In this document: positions 1 through 8,572 of the stretch, piece by piece
How the letters are laid out: every line of letters begins with the position of its first letter
Position numbering within the stretch: position 1 is the stretch's first letter
From: an uncultured virus (IMG/VR IMGVR_UViG_3300025314_001151)
Taxonomy: Duplodnaviria > Heunggongvirae > Uroviricota > Caudoviricetes
Length of the DNA: 20,000 nucleotides
Strand: one strand, 5' to 3'
Virus record (IMG/VR): IMGVR_UViG_3300025314_001151
Made by a program: the position numbers and the translations under genes
Notes under the pieces: model-generated
The model's database searches: none
What the model saw: only the letters and a program-made list of their open reading frames with translations
Told to the model about the DNA's origin: nothing

Positions 1-45
1 CCTTGAACCAGTTCCTCCAGCCAAAATTATACCACTAATAGACAT
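1..45 (-). CDS. rmlA: 5' end of a sugar-1-phosphate nucleotidyltransferase, probably glucose-1-phosphate thymidylyltransferase; runs off the window edge
   Basis: Not in the ORF track. The minus strand from ATG at 45 reads MSISGIILAGGTGSR, the GIILAGGxGxR nucleotidyltransferase signature. It is preceded by GGAG and directly follows rmlB. Confidence 0.85.
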   Translation of the reverse strand, partial: MSISGIILAGGTGSR

Positions 46-58
46 ATATATCTCCATT

Positions 59-1036
59 TCAATTCTTTCTTTTTTCTTCTTCAATATACCATTTAATTGT
101 GTCTTCTAGTCCATCTTCAAATTTTTTAACTGGTTTCCAACCTAGTTCTTTCTCAATTTTATCACAGTTAATGGAATATCTCTTGTCATGACCTTTTCTA
201 TCTTCAATATATTTTATTCCTACTCCAAATCTTTCTGATATCAACGATGCTATATAGTTATTAGTTAATTCTTTTCCACCGCCGATATTATAAATTTCAC
301 CTATTTTACCAATTTCCATCACTCGTCTAATGGCCTTGACATTATCTCTGACATATAGCCAGTCACGGACATTTTCTCCATTTCCATAAACTAATAAAGG
401 TCTACCATTTATAGCATCTGTAATCATCTTTGGAATAAACTTTTCTCGGTGTTGATATGGACCATAATTATTCGAAGATCTTGTAATAACAATTGGAAGT
501 TTATATGTGTTATAATAAGCCAAACATAGTAAATCTGCAGCAGCTTTGGTGGCACTGTATGGATTGCCAGGATTTAATTTATCATTCTCATCGAAAGATC
601 GTTGATCTGCAGATCCATAAACCTCATCAGTCGAAGATTGGATATATTTTTCTATGTCATTTATTCTACATATGTCAAGTAATACCTGTACGCCTTCGAA
701 ATTGCTTTTTACGAATTTCTCACTGTTTTCGATAGAACTATCTACATGACTTTCTGCTGCAAAATTAACAATGCTATTTATATCATGTTTATCGATGATA
801 TCTTGTACTAGCTTTTTGTCACATATATCTCCTACATATAGTCTATTTTCTATGCATATCTCCTCTTCGATACCTTTGATTCTGTTGACATCAGCGGCAT
901 ATGTCATCTTGTCTATTATTATTGGATAATATCCCTTCTGTGTTAATAGTCTTACATATTGACTACCTATGAACCCAAGACCGCCAGTTACTAATACAGT
1001 CCTATTTTCTGAGACTGCATTATTTTCAGTACTCAT
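59..1036 (-). CDS. rmlB: dTDP-glucose 4,6-dehydratase
   Basis: Motifs VTGGLGFIG, FAAESHVD, STDEVYG, YSATK, TRSSNNYGPYQ, RDWLYV and GHDKRY are all RmlB/RfbB signatures. Confidence 0.95.
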   Translation of the reverse strand: MSTENNAVSENRTVLVTGGLGFIGSQYVRLLTQKGYYPIIIDKMTYAADVNRIKGIEEEICIENRLYVGDICDKKLVQDIIDKHDINSIVNFAAESHVDSSIENSEKFVKSNFEGVQVLLDICRINDIEKYIQSSTDEVYGSADQRSFDENDKLNPGNPYSATKAAADLLCLAYYNTYKLPIVITRSSNNYGPYQHREKFIPKMITDAINGRPLLVYGNGENVRDWLYVRDNVKAIRRVMEIGKIGEIYNIGGGKELTNNYIASLISERFGVGIKYIEDRKGHDKRYSINCDKIEKELGWKPVKKFEDGLEDTIKWYIEEEKRKN

Positions 1037-1046
1037 ATATTTCCCA

Positions 1047-1883
1047 CTATATATATTTTTTATATTCTTGAAGACAACTTTCTACAGCATCCAATACATG
1101 TCTCATTTCAATCCCTTTCCCATCCAATTTCGCATTGTATAATATACAATTAGATCTTCCTGTCATTGTTAATTCTTTTAATTTTTCTAGTCCTATAAAT
1201 TTTGGCATCTTGTAAGAAGGATCAACTATATCTTTATACATTGAAAGGATCTGTCTATGTGTAATCGCTCCCCTATTTGTGACATTGAATATGCCAGTTT
1301 CTTGTCTGTCCATTAATATCTTTGAAGTTGTCATTAGATCAGGCACGCAAGTAATACTATTAGGTATGTCTCCAATTACCTGTTCGTACCTTGTTAATTT
1401 GTCAATTAGATTTCTTGGAGAAGGAACAGTGTCTATGGGCATTCTTATTCTCAACTGAAGCACATTGTTATATTCTGATAATATATCTTCTGCAAATATC
1501 TTTGTTCTAGAATAAAAAGAGTCTTTAAAATTAGGTTTATCATTCTCGCTAAACCCCATACCAGAACAACTATTCGTTTGATATATACAACCACTTCCAA
1601 TATGAACCATTCTAACATCAGCATTTGTACATACTTCTGCAATTAAAGTCGGAACAGTTACATTACTAAAAAATGTTTCGTCTCGGTGTTCTTCACACCA
1701 ATCGATGTTCGGGCTTCCAGTTTTGCCAATTGCGTTTATCACAATTTCTGGATTATGCATCTTAATTTGGGAATCTATATCATTTATAGTGCTTATTCTA
1801 CGATCTGCCATAATAGAATCTTTTAAGAAATTTGCAAATCTATTTCCCAAATAACCGTTACCAAAAATTAAATAATGACACAT
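1047..1883 (-). CDS. NDP-4-keto-6-deoxyglucose 3,5-epimerase/4-reductase (NRS/ER, UER1-like; RmlD-related SDR)
   Basis: GNGYLG, GKTGSPNIDWCE, GSGCIY, SFYSRTK, LRIRMPI and RSNC resemble plant NRS/ER (UER1) motifs. The ORF is open to 1895; the start at 1883 was chosen because GGTGAT lies just upstream. Confidence 0.8.
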   Translation of the reverse strand: MCHYLIFGNGYLGNRFANFLKDSIMADRRISTINDIDSQIKMHNPEIVINAIGKTGSPNIDWCEEHRDETFFSNVTVPTLIAEVCTNADVRMVHIGSGCIYQTNSCSGMGFSENDKPNFKDSFYSRTKIFAEDILSEYNNVLQLRIRMPIDTVPSPRNLIDKLTRYEQVIGDIPNSITCVPDLMTTSKILMDRQETGIFNVTNRGAITHRQILSMYKDIVDPSYKMPKFIGLEKLKELTMTGRSNCILYNAKLDGKGIEMRHVLDAVESCLQEYKKYI

Positions 1884-1887
1884 ATTA

Positions 1888-1893
1888 ATCACC
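1888..1893 (-). promoter_or_regulatory. Archaeal-style ribosome-binding site GGTGAT
   Basis: The minus strand reads GGTGAT-TAAT-ATG in front of the epimerase/reductase gene. Confidence 0.5.
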
Positions 1894-2002
1894 ATCTAAG
1901 ACCTTTTAAATCATTTTTATCTAAGCTGATATAAGCATCATTATAAGATTTCTCGTCTACTATATCTTGCCATATTTTATTTTTATCTTTATCAACAATC
2001 TG
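1889..2002 (-). pseudogene. Probable C-terminal relic of the ERIYIFP-motif protein family
   Basis: The stop-free frame after the TAG at 2003-2005 reads QIVDKDKNKIWQDIVDEKS...LRW*. K*QIVDKD..NKIWQDI resembles the C-termini EYMVTDKKD..VNKIWMKI (7105 ORF) and QYRIKDEK..VNKILAEI (14022 ORF). Confidence 0.4.
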
Positions 2003-2620
2003 CTATTTCACTGTTGCATTAAACATGGGAGACTCTTTTACATTAGTAAATCTTGGATTAGATATGATTAATTCATTTATCACTCTTCTTATACCAGAAC
2101 CACTTGAATCATGCATCAATATCATGCCTCCACTTACAAGATGTTTTCCCCACATTTCTACATCCATCTTTACATAATTATATCTATGCTCGCCATCTAT
2201 GAATAGAAGCTCAATAGGCCTGGTCCATCCTTTTTTATAGACTAGTTCTGAATAATCGACCATTGGAACTACTATATCATCAACACGATGTTTAAATAGT
2301 GACTGTCTAAATTGTTGGAGACTATCTCCCTGGTTTATATAGTATTTAGGATTTGGCGTGCCATCTTTACTTGCGTCCCACCATGTAGGATCTGGAGTTG
2401 AGCCTCCTCCATTATGTGGATCTACAGCATACACAGTCATATTTCCTCCAGATTTAGATCCTTTAGCTAAGCATATTGTAGATCGACCGGCACTACTGCC
2501 TATTTCAACTATGGCTCCTTTCGTACATTTGGCTGCGAGATCATATAGAAACAATCCCTCTTCTTCTGATATCATTCCTGGTACAGATTCAAAAATTTGT
2601 CTTATTACTTCTATTGTCAT
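2003..2620 (-). CDS. Class I SAM-dependent methyltransferase (Methyltransf_24-like, probable sugar O-methyltransferase)
   Basis: VEIGSSAGRST, YAVDPH, LFIDGEHRY..VK.D and GGMILMHD. The ORF is open to 2659 (overlapping the upstream GT); ATG 2620 is the more likely start. Confidence 0.85.
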   Translation of the reverse strand: MTIEVIRQIFESVPGMISEEEGLFLYDLAAKCTKGAIVEIGSSAGRSTICLAKGSKSGGNMTVYAVDPHNGGGSTPDPTWWDASKDGTPNPKYYINQGDSLQQFRQSLFKHRVDDIVVPMVDYSELVYKKGWTRPIELLFIDGEHRYNYVKMDVEMWGKHLVSGGMILMHDSSGSGIRRVINELIISNPRFTNVKESPMFNATVK

Positions 2621-2642
2621 ATATATCTCTGAGGTTTTAATA

Positions 2643-3647
2643 CTACCAATGTTTACCATCTATCAATTTTTTATATAGTTTAATATAATTTTTTGCCATT
2701 ACTTGATAAGTGAAATTTTCTTCTACACGTTTTCGACAATCTTTTTGTTTTATGTTGTCAATATTTCCTATTGCATTCTTTATATCTTCTATACTATTAC
2801 ATATGAATCCTGTTTTATTATGATCAACTATTTCTGGCATTGCACCATTATTCCATGCTATAACTGGTGTACCACAGCTCATTGCCTCAATGACAACGAT
2901 GCCAAAAGATTCTATCCAGTCTCCATGCACCCCTGTGGGAAAGATCAATGCTTTGGCATTCTGATATAATGAAATCTTTTGTTCTTCGGTAACCTCTCCT
3001 AAATAACTTATGTTAGGATTTACTTTTGATTCTTGTTCTATAGCAGCAGATGTACTACCTCCAAGACCTGCAAAGTCTATTTTTATGCCCATATCTTTTG
3101 CTACTGATAGAGCTACGTCTGCTCCCTTTGCAGGAGTGATGGCACTTAAGAAAAGAAATCTGTTGCTCTTATCTTTTTTAAATACATATTTGGACAGATC
3201 GCACCCATGATGAACCACCTTAATATCTCTTCCTCTATTATGAGGTCTTGCCCAGATGGCCAGTCCCTCTGATATAGCAACAACGTTTCTATGATGGCAT
3301 TGAGATGGATTCTGTTTCCAATGTAGAGTATTCAATACTCTTTTATGAATCTTCCAACAAGGTTTTACATGACTATTATCATGGATCACATCAAATTTTT
3401 TTAATGTGTGCTTCATATCTATTATTCTTTTTTCAAACTCTTCACATTGTCCAGTTCTTCCCCATCCTTCTTCTATAATTTCGATCAGTTTACCACTTGG
3501 AGACTTGCTACCTTTACACGCAAATAATGTGACGTCTACATCTATTTCTACGAGTCCTTTACATAAATCATATACCATGGATTCGACACCTCCATATCTC
3601 TTAGGAGGGCATGATAAAGCTTCTGTACTTATCAATGCGATTTTCAT
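2643..3647 (-). CDS. GT-B fold glycosyltransferase, family 4
   Basis: N-terminal MKIALI..PPKRYGGVE and C-terminal ESFGIVVIEAMSCGTPV (E-x7-E) and GAMPEIVDH..TGF. Confidence 0.92.
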   Translation of the reverse strand: MKIALISTEALSCPPKRYGGVESMVYDLCKGLVEIDVDVTLFACKGSKSPSGKLIEIIEEGWGRTGQCEEFEKRIIDMKHTLKKFDVIHDNSHVKPCWKIHKRVLNTLHWKQNPSQCHHRNVVAISEGLAIWARPHNRGRDIKVVHHGCDLSKYVFKKDKSNRFLFLSAITPAKGADVALSVAKDMGIKIDFAGLGGSTSAAIEQESKVNPNISYLGEVTEEQKISLYQNAKALIFPTGVHGDWIESFGIVVIEAMSCGTPVIAWNNGAMPEIVDHNKTGFICNSIEDIKNAIGNIDNIKQKDCRKRVEENFTYQVMAKNYIKLYKKLIDGKHW

Positions 3648-3673
3648 ATATGGGACCTTTAATTTATATCTAG

Positions 3674-3782
3674 AAACAACTTTAATTTATAATTTTTATT
3701 ATCGTTATCTTATAACTCTTCTCTCTAAACAACCTTTAATTTATAATTTTTATTATCGTTATCTTATAACTCTTCTCTCTAA
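3674..3782. repeat. Intergenic tandem duplication, 54-bp period, 2 copies
   Basis: 3680-3728 is identical to 3734-3782 (ctttaatttataatttttattatcgttatcttataactcttctctctaa); aaacaac lies at the left edge of both copies. Confidence 0.95.
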
Positions 3783-3805
3783 TATATTTATAAACCCTTT
3801 ATTTT

Positions 3806-4753
3806 TTATGTCCAATTCCCTATCTTTTTTCTTTCTTTCTTTAGATCAAATCCAATTTCTTGATTAAATTTTAAGTGTTTATTCTTTTTAAAATGTTCAA
3901 TTAATGCCCAAGAACCAGGAAATTTTGTATGGAACATATCCTTCGTCACACGTTGGACCTCGTCAGGAGCCGTGTTTAATCCACACCTACCCTTGCCTCC
4001 TAATCCGTGGACCAATCTACCTTTATAAATGACATTTTCCCATCCAAGATCTGAGTAGCTTATATCCTTAAATTTTCCTGCTGGCATTGCATGAGCATCG
4101 TGCGTCATATGATATACGGATAAGTCAGATTCGTCTACAAAACAAAACTTTCTACCAACTCTTTCAAGAGCCAATCCCATTAATACATCCTCTTCTCTTG
4201 TTAGATCAGCCATTTCCCAGAAACCATTAACCTTTATGATGCTCTCCAAAGGTGCAGATGCATTTGAAGTAAAGAACCATCCACATGAACAGGGACACTT
4301 CTTGCGCCTAGGATCTTTACCTATTATATGGCTATCTATATTTTCTGTGTATGGAGGTTCTCTATGTTCGACACGAATCACTGAACCTATATGTGAGGTT
4401 TTATGTTTATCTCTGTATATATCCCAGATCTTTTCAAGATAATTTGGTTTTACATAAGAAAAGTCGTCAATAAATACTATTAATTCACCTTCCGCATAAA
4501 TTAGTCCAGTATTTCTAGCACAACCTATATTTGCATTAGATCTATAATAAGGTTTTTTTGATTGCATCCACTTTATGTTCAAACCATTAGATCTTCCAAA
4601 ACTTTCTATTTGATCTCTTCTATTTATTGGACAGTCATCTACTATTATTATCTCAAATTTCTCTTTTGGAAAAGTCTGTTTGACAAAACTAGGAAGTTGA
4701 AAGTCGACCAATTTTCCAGAACGGATCGTTGGAATTATTAAACTTAATTTCAT
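3806..4753 (-). CDS. GT-A fold glycosyltransferase, family 2
   Basis: LSLIIPT, FEIIIVDD, ARNTGL..AEGELIVFIDD, KVNGFWE and EDV are GT2 motifs. Confidence 0.9.
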   Translation of the reverse strand: MKLSLIIPTIRSGKLVDFQLPSFVKQTFPKEKFEIIIVDDCPINRRDQIESFGRSNGLNIKWMQSKKPYYRSNANIGCARNTGLIYAEGELIVFIDDFSYVKPNYLEKIWDIYRDKHKTSHIGSVIRVEHREPPYTENIDSHIIGKDPRRKKCPCSCGWFFTSNASAPLESIIKVNGFWEMADLTREEDVLMGLALERVGRKFCFVDESDLSVYHMTHDAHAMPAGKFKDISYSDLGWENVIYKGRLVHGLGGKGRCGLNTAPDEVQRVTKDMFHTKFPGSWALIEHFKKNKHLKFNQEIGFDLKKERKKIGNWT

Positions 4754-5787
4754 GTTGTACTATTCCATTTATTATTAAGCTTCACAACATTGCCAGTCTT
4801 ATATGATTCTTTAGCGGCCAGAGCAACTCTTAGTGCTTGTATTCCATCATCTCCTGTAACCAATTCTTCCTCGTTGTTTTTGATGATATTGATAAAATGT
4901 GTCAATTCTCGCATTAATGGTTCTTCTTTAACAAATTTTATCTCTTCGACCATTTCGCGTCCGTGAATACTAATAGTTTGTCCAGTATAATCCACATATG
5001 CCACTCTCTCAAGACCAACTATATCCAACTTCCTGATCGTATGTGGTGTTAACCAATTAGTTTCTATGATTCCTACCCTTCCATCATCAAATTTCATCAT
5101 TATCGATGCTCTATCTTCTAGAAGATCATCTCTTTTTACTCCCTTTATATTTCCGTCAATTGCATATATGTCTATGGGATATAATGACATTACTCTTCCT
5201 TTTGTCTCTTCTTTACCATACAGATATGATATTATATCAATGTCATGTACTGCGAGGTCGACTATTATACCTACATCTTTCACTCTAGGCGGTAAAGGAC
5301 CAACTCTCTTTGCAGAGATGGAAATGACTTGTCCAAGCTTACCTGAGTCTATAATTTCTTTCATTTTTAATACGGCAGGATTAAATCTTTCGACATGTCC
5401 TATTAATAGTTTCACTCCCATTCTTTTAGCACCATTTACAATTTCTAGAGCATCGTCGAGATTATCTGCTATTGGTTTTTCAACTAGCACTCCACGAATA
5501 CGTCTTGCTATACAATCTAATGTTATCACTTTATGCATACTTGTTGGAACACAAATACTGATAGCATCAATATCAGATTCAATTAGATCTATATGATTCG
5601 CATAACTTTTGCAACCATATTTATCCGCGACTTCCTTAGCTCTATTTCCATCGATATCTGCTATTCCTATAAAATTAACCATACCCATCTTGTGCATATT
5701 GCTATATACTTTGGCATGATAACCACCCATTATTCCAGTACCTATTATGCCAACATTGATATTATCTTTGTTTATAATATGTTCCAT
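4750..5787 (-). CDS. Gfo/Idh/MocA oxidoreductase, UDP-GlcNAc(A) 3-dehydrogenase-like (WbpB/WlbA group)
   Basis: VGIIGTGIMG, ICVPT..H, VLVEKPIA, GHVERFNPAV, DLAVHDID and EPL..EL.HF. Confidence 0.85.
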   Translation of the reverse strand: MEHIINKDNINVGIIGTGIMGGYHAKVYSNMHKMGMVNFIGIADIDGNRAKEVADKYGCKSYANHIDLIESDIDAISICVPTSMHKVITLDCIARRIRGVLVEKPIADNLDDALEIVNGAKRMGVKLLIGHVERFNPAVLKMKEIIDSGKLGQVISISAKRVGPLPPRVKDVGIIVDLAVHDIDIISYLYGKEETKGRVMSLYPIDIYAIDGNIKGVKRDDLLEDRASIMMKFDDGRVGIIETNWLTPHTIRKLDIVGLERVAYVDYTGQTISIHGREMVEEIKFVKEEPLMRELTHFINIIKNNEEELVTGDDGIQALRVALAAKESYKTGNVVKLNNKWNSTT

Positions 5788-5869
5788 TATTTATTCTCCT
5801 TTTTTTTATAATGGCGATATAATCTATAATTATTTTTCCTGTGTTCATATCAGATATAATCATATATAA

Positions 5870-7108
5870 TCATGAGACCATAGTTTGTAACATATCTATA
5901 AGTTCATCTCTTGCCTGTTCGATGTCAGTTTTGCTCATCTCTTCTGTTTCTACGACAACGTTTCCTTTGAGATCTTTGCCAATCATATGATATTGGCCCA
6001 AATCTCTAGTAAGTATCTTTAAGCCGAACTTTTCTGGATTGTTCCAAGAATCGCAGCCGGGCAAGGGCATAAATGTGCTCACATTCCAAAAATCAGGAGG
6101 GCATTCTTTCAGAAGTTTTTCTGTTTCTCTGACAGTTTCCCACGTTTCTCCTGGGCTTCCAACTATTACACCTACCTTGAGTTGCATGAATTCTTTCACC
6201 ATTTTCATAGCTTTAAGATTTAGTTCAACAGTTGTTCCTTTTCTAAGCATATTTAGTATTTTTTGGCTTCCACTTTCCATTCCAATAATTACCTCTCTGC
6301 ACCCACTATCTCTCATGATCTTTAATAACTCTCGGTCCACTGTATCTGCGCGAGTTAAGCATCGCCATACTATGTCTAACTTGGCGAATTCTTCACACAT
6401 ATGGATGATTCTTGAACGGTTGACACAGAATGTATCATCATGAAAATTGAAACCTCTATAACCTAAAGTATTGATGACATGCTTAATTTCCGCAACGACA
6501 TTATCTACGCTTCTAAAACGTATACGTCTTCCAAATACACAATGGCTACTACAGAATATACACCGATATTTACAACCTCTGCTCGCTATTATCGAAACTG
6601 CAGGACTTAACATCTTATTTCCTTGCATGATTCCACGTTTATACTTAGACCACTTAATCAAGTGTCTTGCAGGAAATTTGATCGTATCAAGATCTTTTAC
6701 TGGTTCACCTTTTATTATTTTATTGTCATATAATATGTCAGGATTTTTCAATATTCTTTCTAGTACTATCTCACCTTCACCGACTACGACAGTATCGAAT
6801 TTAGAATTATCGATATCATCAGGACTTGCAGAAATATGAGAACCACCACATATTTTCCATTTGTCAGGAAATTCATCTGCTAAACGTTTGCTCAAATTCA
6901 CAGTGGTTGGCCACTGAGGAGATGCTGATGTAACAGCATATATATCTGCCTCAGGAAGATTATCTTGAAGTGTCTCCATGTGTACGATTTCTGGTTGCCA
7001 ATTCTGTTGTTCTGCAACTGCCGCAAGATACATCAGAGGAAATGGTGGATCAAGCTGATCTCTCAGAAATCCAATCGGTGGTTCTATAAAGCACGCTTTT
7101 CTGTTCAT
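5870..7108 (-). CDS. B12-binding-domain radical SAM protein (class B-like)
   Basis: N-terminal PPFPLMYLAA, CGGSHIS and VVGEGE (cobalamin-binding domain), then SRGCKYRCIFC (CxxxCxxC), FHDDTF, IGMESGS and GSPGET. ATG 7108 overlaps the upstream stop (ATGA); the ORF is open to 7120. Confidence 0.9.
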   Translation of the reverse strand: MNRKACFIEPPIGFLRDQLDPPFPLMYLAAVAEQQNWQPEIVHMETLQDNLPEADIYAVTSASPQWPTTVNLSKRLADEFPDKWKICGGSHISASPDDIDNSKFDTVVVGEGEIVLERILKNPDILYDNKIIKGEPVKDLDTIKFPARHLIKWSKYKRGIMQGNKMLSPAVSIIASRGCKYRCIFCSSHCVFGRRIRFRSVDNVVAEIKHVINTLGYRGFNFHDDTFCVNRSRIIHMCEEFAKLDIVWRCLTRADTVDRELLKIMRDSGCREVIIGMESGSQKILNMLRKGTTVELNLKAMKMVKEFMQLKVGVIVGSPGETWETVRETEKLLKECPPDFWNVSTFMPLPGCDSWNNPEKFGLKILTRDLGQYHMIGKDLKGNVVVETEEMSKTDIEQARDELIDMLQTMVS

Positions 7109-7602
7109 ATTTTCATCCAAATTTTATTTACTTTTTCAATATCTTTTTTATCTGTTACCATATATTCGTCATACAATTGAGAATTCTTCACGATCGTAAT
7201 ACTGACAATATTTAATGTTACTTCTTTTGGAAAAATATATATTCTTTCTATTTCATCTTTACTAACACAATAAAAAACATGTATATCAATATTTTTGTTC
7301 CAATCTCTATTTAAACCTCTAATTCCCCATCCTCCTTCCTTCCCACAACTTTTACGAAAACTACTTATTTTTGTTTGTGGTATCTTTCCATTCCTAGGAT
7401 ATAATATACTTCTATTTGTTATTTCATTCCTTTCTATACATTTCGAACATATATTTGTCTTACTATAGGATTTTGGTTGTATCGCATCTTCCATATCTTC
7501 CATAACAGGATTCCATATTACTTTAACAGGATTAAACCACGTATTTATAACTACCCATTCGAAATTGATACCGTCTTTGGATACTCTTATCTTATGTGTC
7601 AT
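7105..7602 (-). CDS. Hypothetical ERIYIFP-motif protein with CxxC; possibly a degenerate nuclease-like mobile gene
   Basis: Preceded by a GAGGT RBS. Shares FYC.S.D...ERIYIFP.E......ITIVKN...Y..Y...D.K..E.VNKI with the 14022-14261 ORF. Contains ICSKC and QTK. Unrelated to the surrounding sugar enzymes. Confidence 0.7.
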   Translation of the reverse strand: MTHKIRVSKDGINFEWVVINTWFNPVKVIWNPVMEDMEDAIQPKSYSKTNICSKCIERNEITNRSILYPRNGKIPQTKISSFRKSCGKEGGWGIRGLNRDWNKNIDIHVFYCVSKDEIERIYIFPKEVTLNIVSITIVKNSQLYDEYMVTDKKDIEKVNKIWMKI

Positions 7603-7627
7603 ATCTACCTCGCATTTTATCTATATC

Positions 7628-8572
7628 TCAATTCTTGAGCATTTTCCACCATGAGATATATTTTCTAAGTCCTTCTTCTAGAGAAACTTTGGGCTTGAAA
7701 CCATAAGATTTAGCCAATGATGTATCCGCCTCCAATTTGAACACATCATTCGGTCTACGTTCTGCATATATAAACTTGTTTTCTATATCATTTTCTGTAC
7801 CATTTTCTATAATTTCTCCATATATCTTCATAATGGTTGTAGCAAGCTCCTTTATTGATATTGCCTTTCCACTTCCAATGTTCACAATTTCACCATCTTC
7901 AAGCTTCGATAGTAAAACTATACCTTCTGCAGTGTCAGTTACATAGGTGAAATCGCGACTTTGTTCTCCTGTCCATTCTATTATTGGATATTCTCCATTC
8001 TCTAGTCTGCGAATGAACGCTGTTATGACTGCTGAATATTGATCATTCCTATGGTTGGGACCATATGCATTAAATGGTCTTATTATGACTGCAGGGACAC
8101 CATAATACTTGTTGAAGTGCTTTACATACTCTTCTCCCATCAGTTTTGAGAGTCCATAAATTGATTGAGGTTCTGTTGGATGATCCTCTTTCATCGGAGG
8201 AAACTTGCATGTGCCATAGATTTCACTGGAGCTTACATAGACCATTTTTGTATGTGCCTCGTATGCCGCAAGACAGACATTGAATGTTCCTCCAACATTT
8301 ACTTCTTGTGCAATGATAGGATTTTCATTACACTTCATCAGGCACTGGACAGCTAGATGAAATACTATATCTGTCTTTGATACCAGTTTTCTCATTAGAC
8401 CTATATCACAAATACTTCCTTTAACAATTTCAATATTTCCAATATCATCCAGATGTTCCATCTTTCCAACGGAAAAATCATCGACAACTGTAACATCATC
8501 TCCTCTGTCGACCAATACTTTAACAAGACCGCTTCCGATAAAGCCCGCACCACCAGTAACTAAAGATCTCAT
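7628..8572 (-). CDS. NAD-dependent nucleotide-sugar epimerase/dehydratase (extended SDR)
   Basis: VTGGAGFIGS, VFHLA, VSSSEIYG, canonical YGLSK, RPFNAYGP and QSRDFTYV. Confidence 0.92.
   Translation of the reverse strand: MRSLVTGGAGFIGSGLVKVLVDRGDDVTVVDDFSVGKMEHLDDIGNIEIVKGSICDIGLMRKLVSKTDIVFHLAVQCLMKCNENPIIAQEVNVGGTFNVCLAAYEAHTKMVYVSSSEIYGTCKFPPMKEDHPTEPQSIYGLSKLMGEEYVKHFNKYYGVPAVIIRPFNAYGPNHRNDQYSAVITAFIRRLENGEYPIIEWTGEQSRDFTYVTDTAEGIVLLSKLEDGEIVNIGSGKAISIKELATTIMKIYGEIIENGTENDIENKFIYAERRPNDVFKLEADTSLAKSYGFKPKVSLEEGLRKYISWWKMLKN

Noticed and set aside
1889..2005. Amber (pyrrolysine or recoded) read-through of the methyltransferase TAG into the stop-free frame that follows
   Set aside because: The methyltransferase domain is already complete at the TAG, other TAG stops (1047, 2643, 11900) end complete domains, and the extension resembles the ERIYIFP-family C-terminus instead.
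3406..3867. 153-aa plus-strand ORF with a repeated LIYNFYYRYLITLLS peptide
   Set aside because: The repeat is just the 54-bp intergenic duplication read in a stop-free frame, and the ORF overlaps two real genes in antisense.
5788..5869. Small ORF or terminator between the radical SAM and dehydrogenase genes
   Set aside because: The short frame (MIISDMNTGK...) has no similarity to local proteins, and the T-run is on the non-coding strand, so it is not an oligo-U terminator for this operon.
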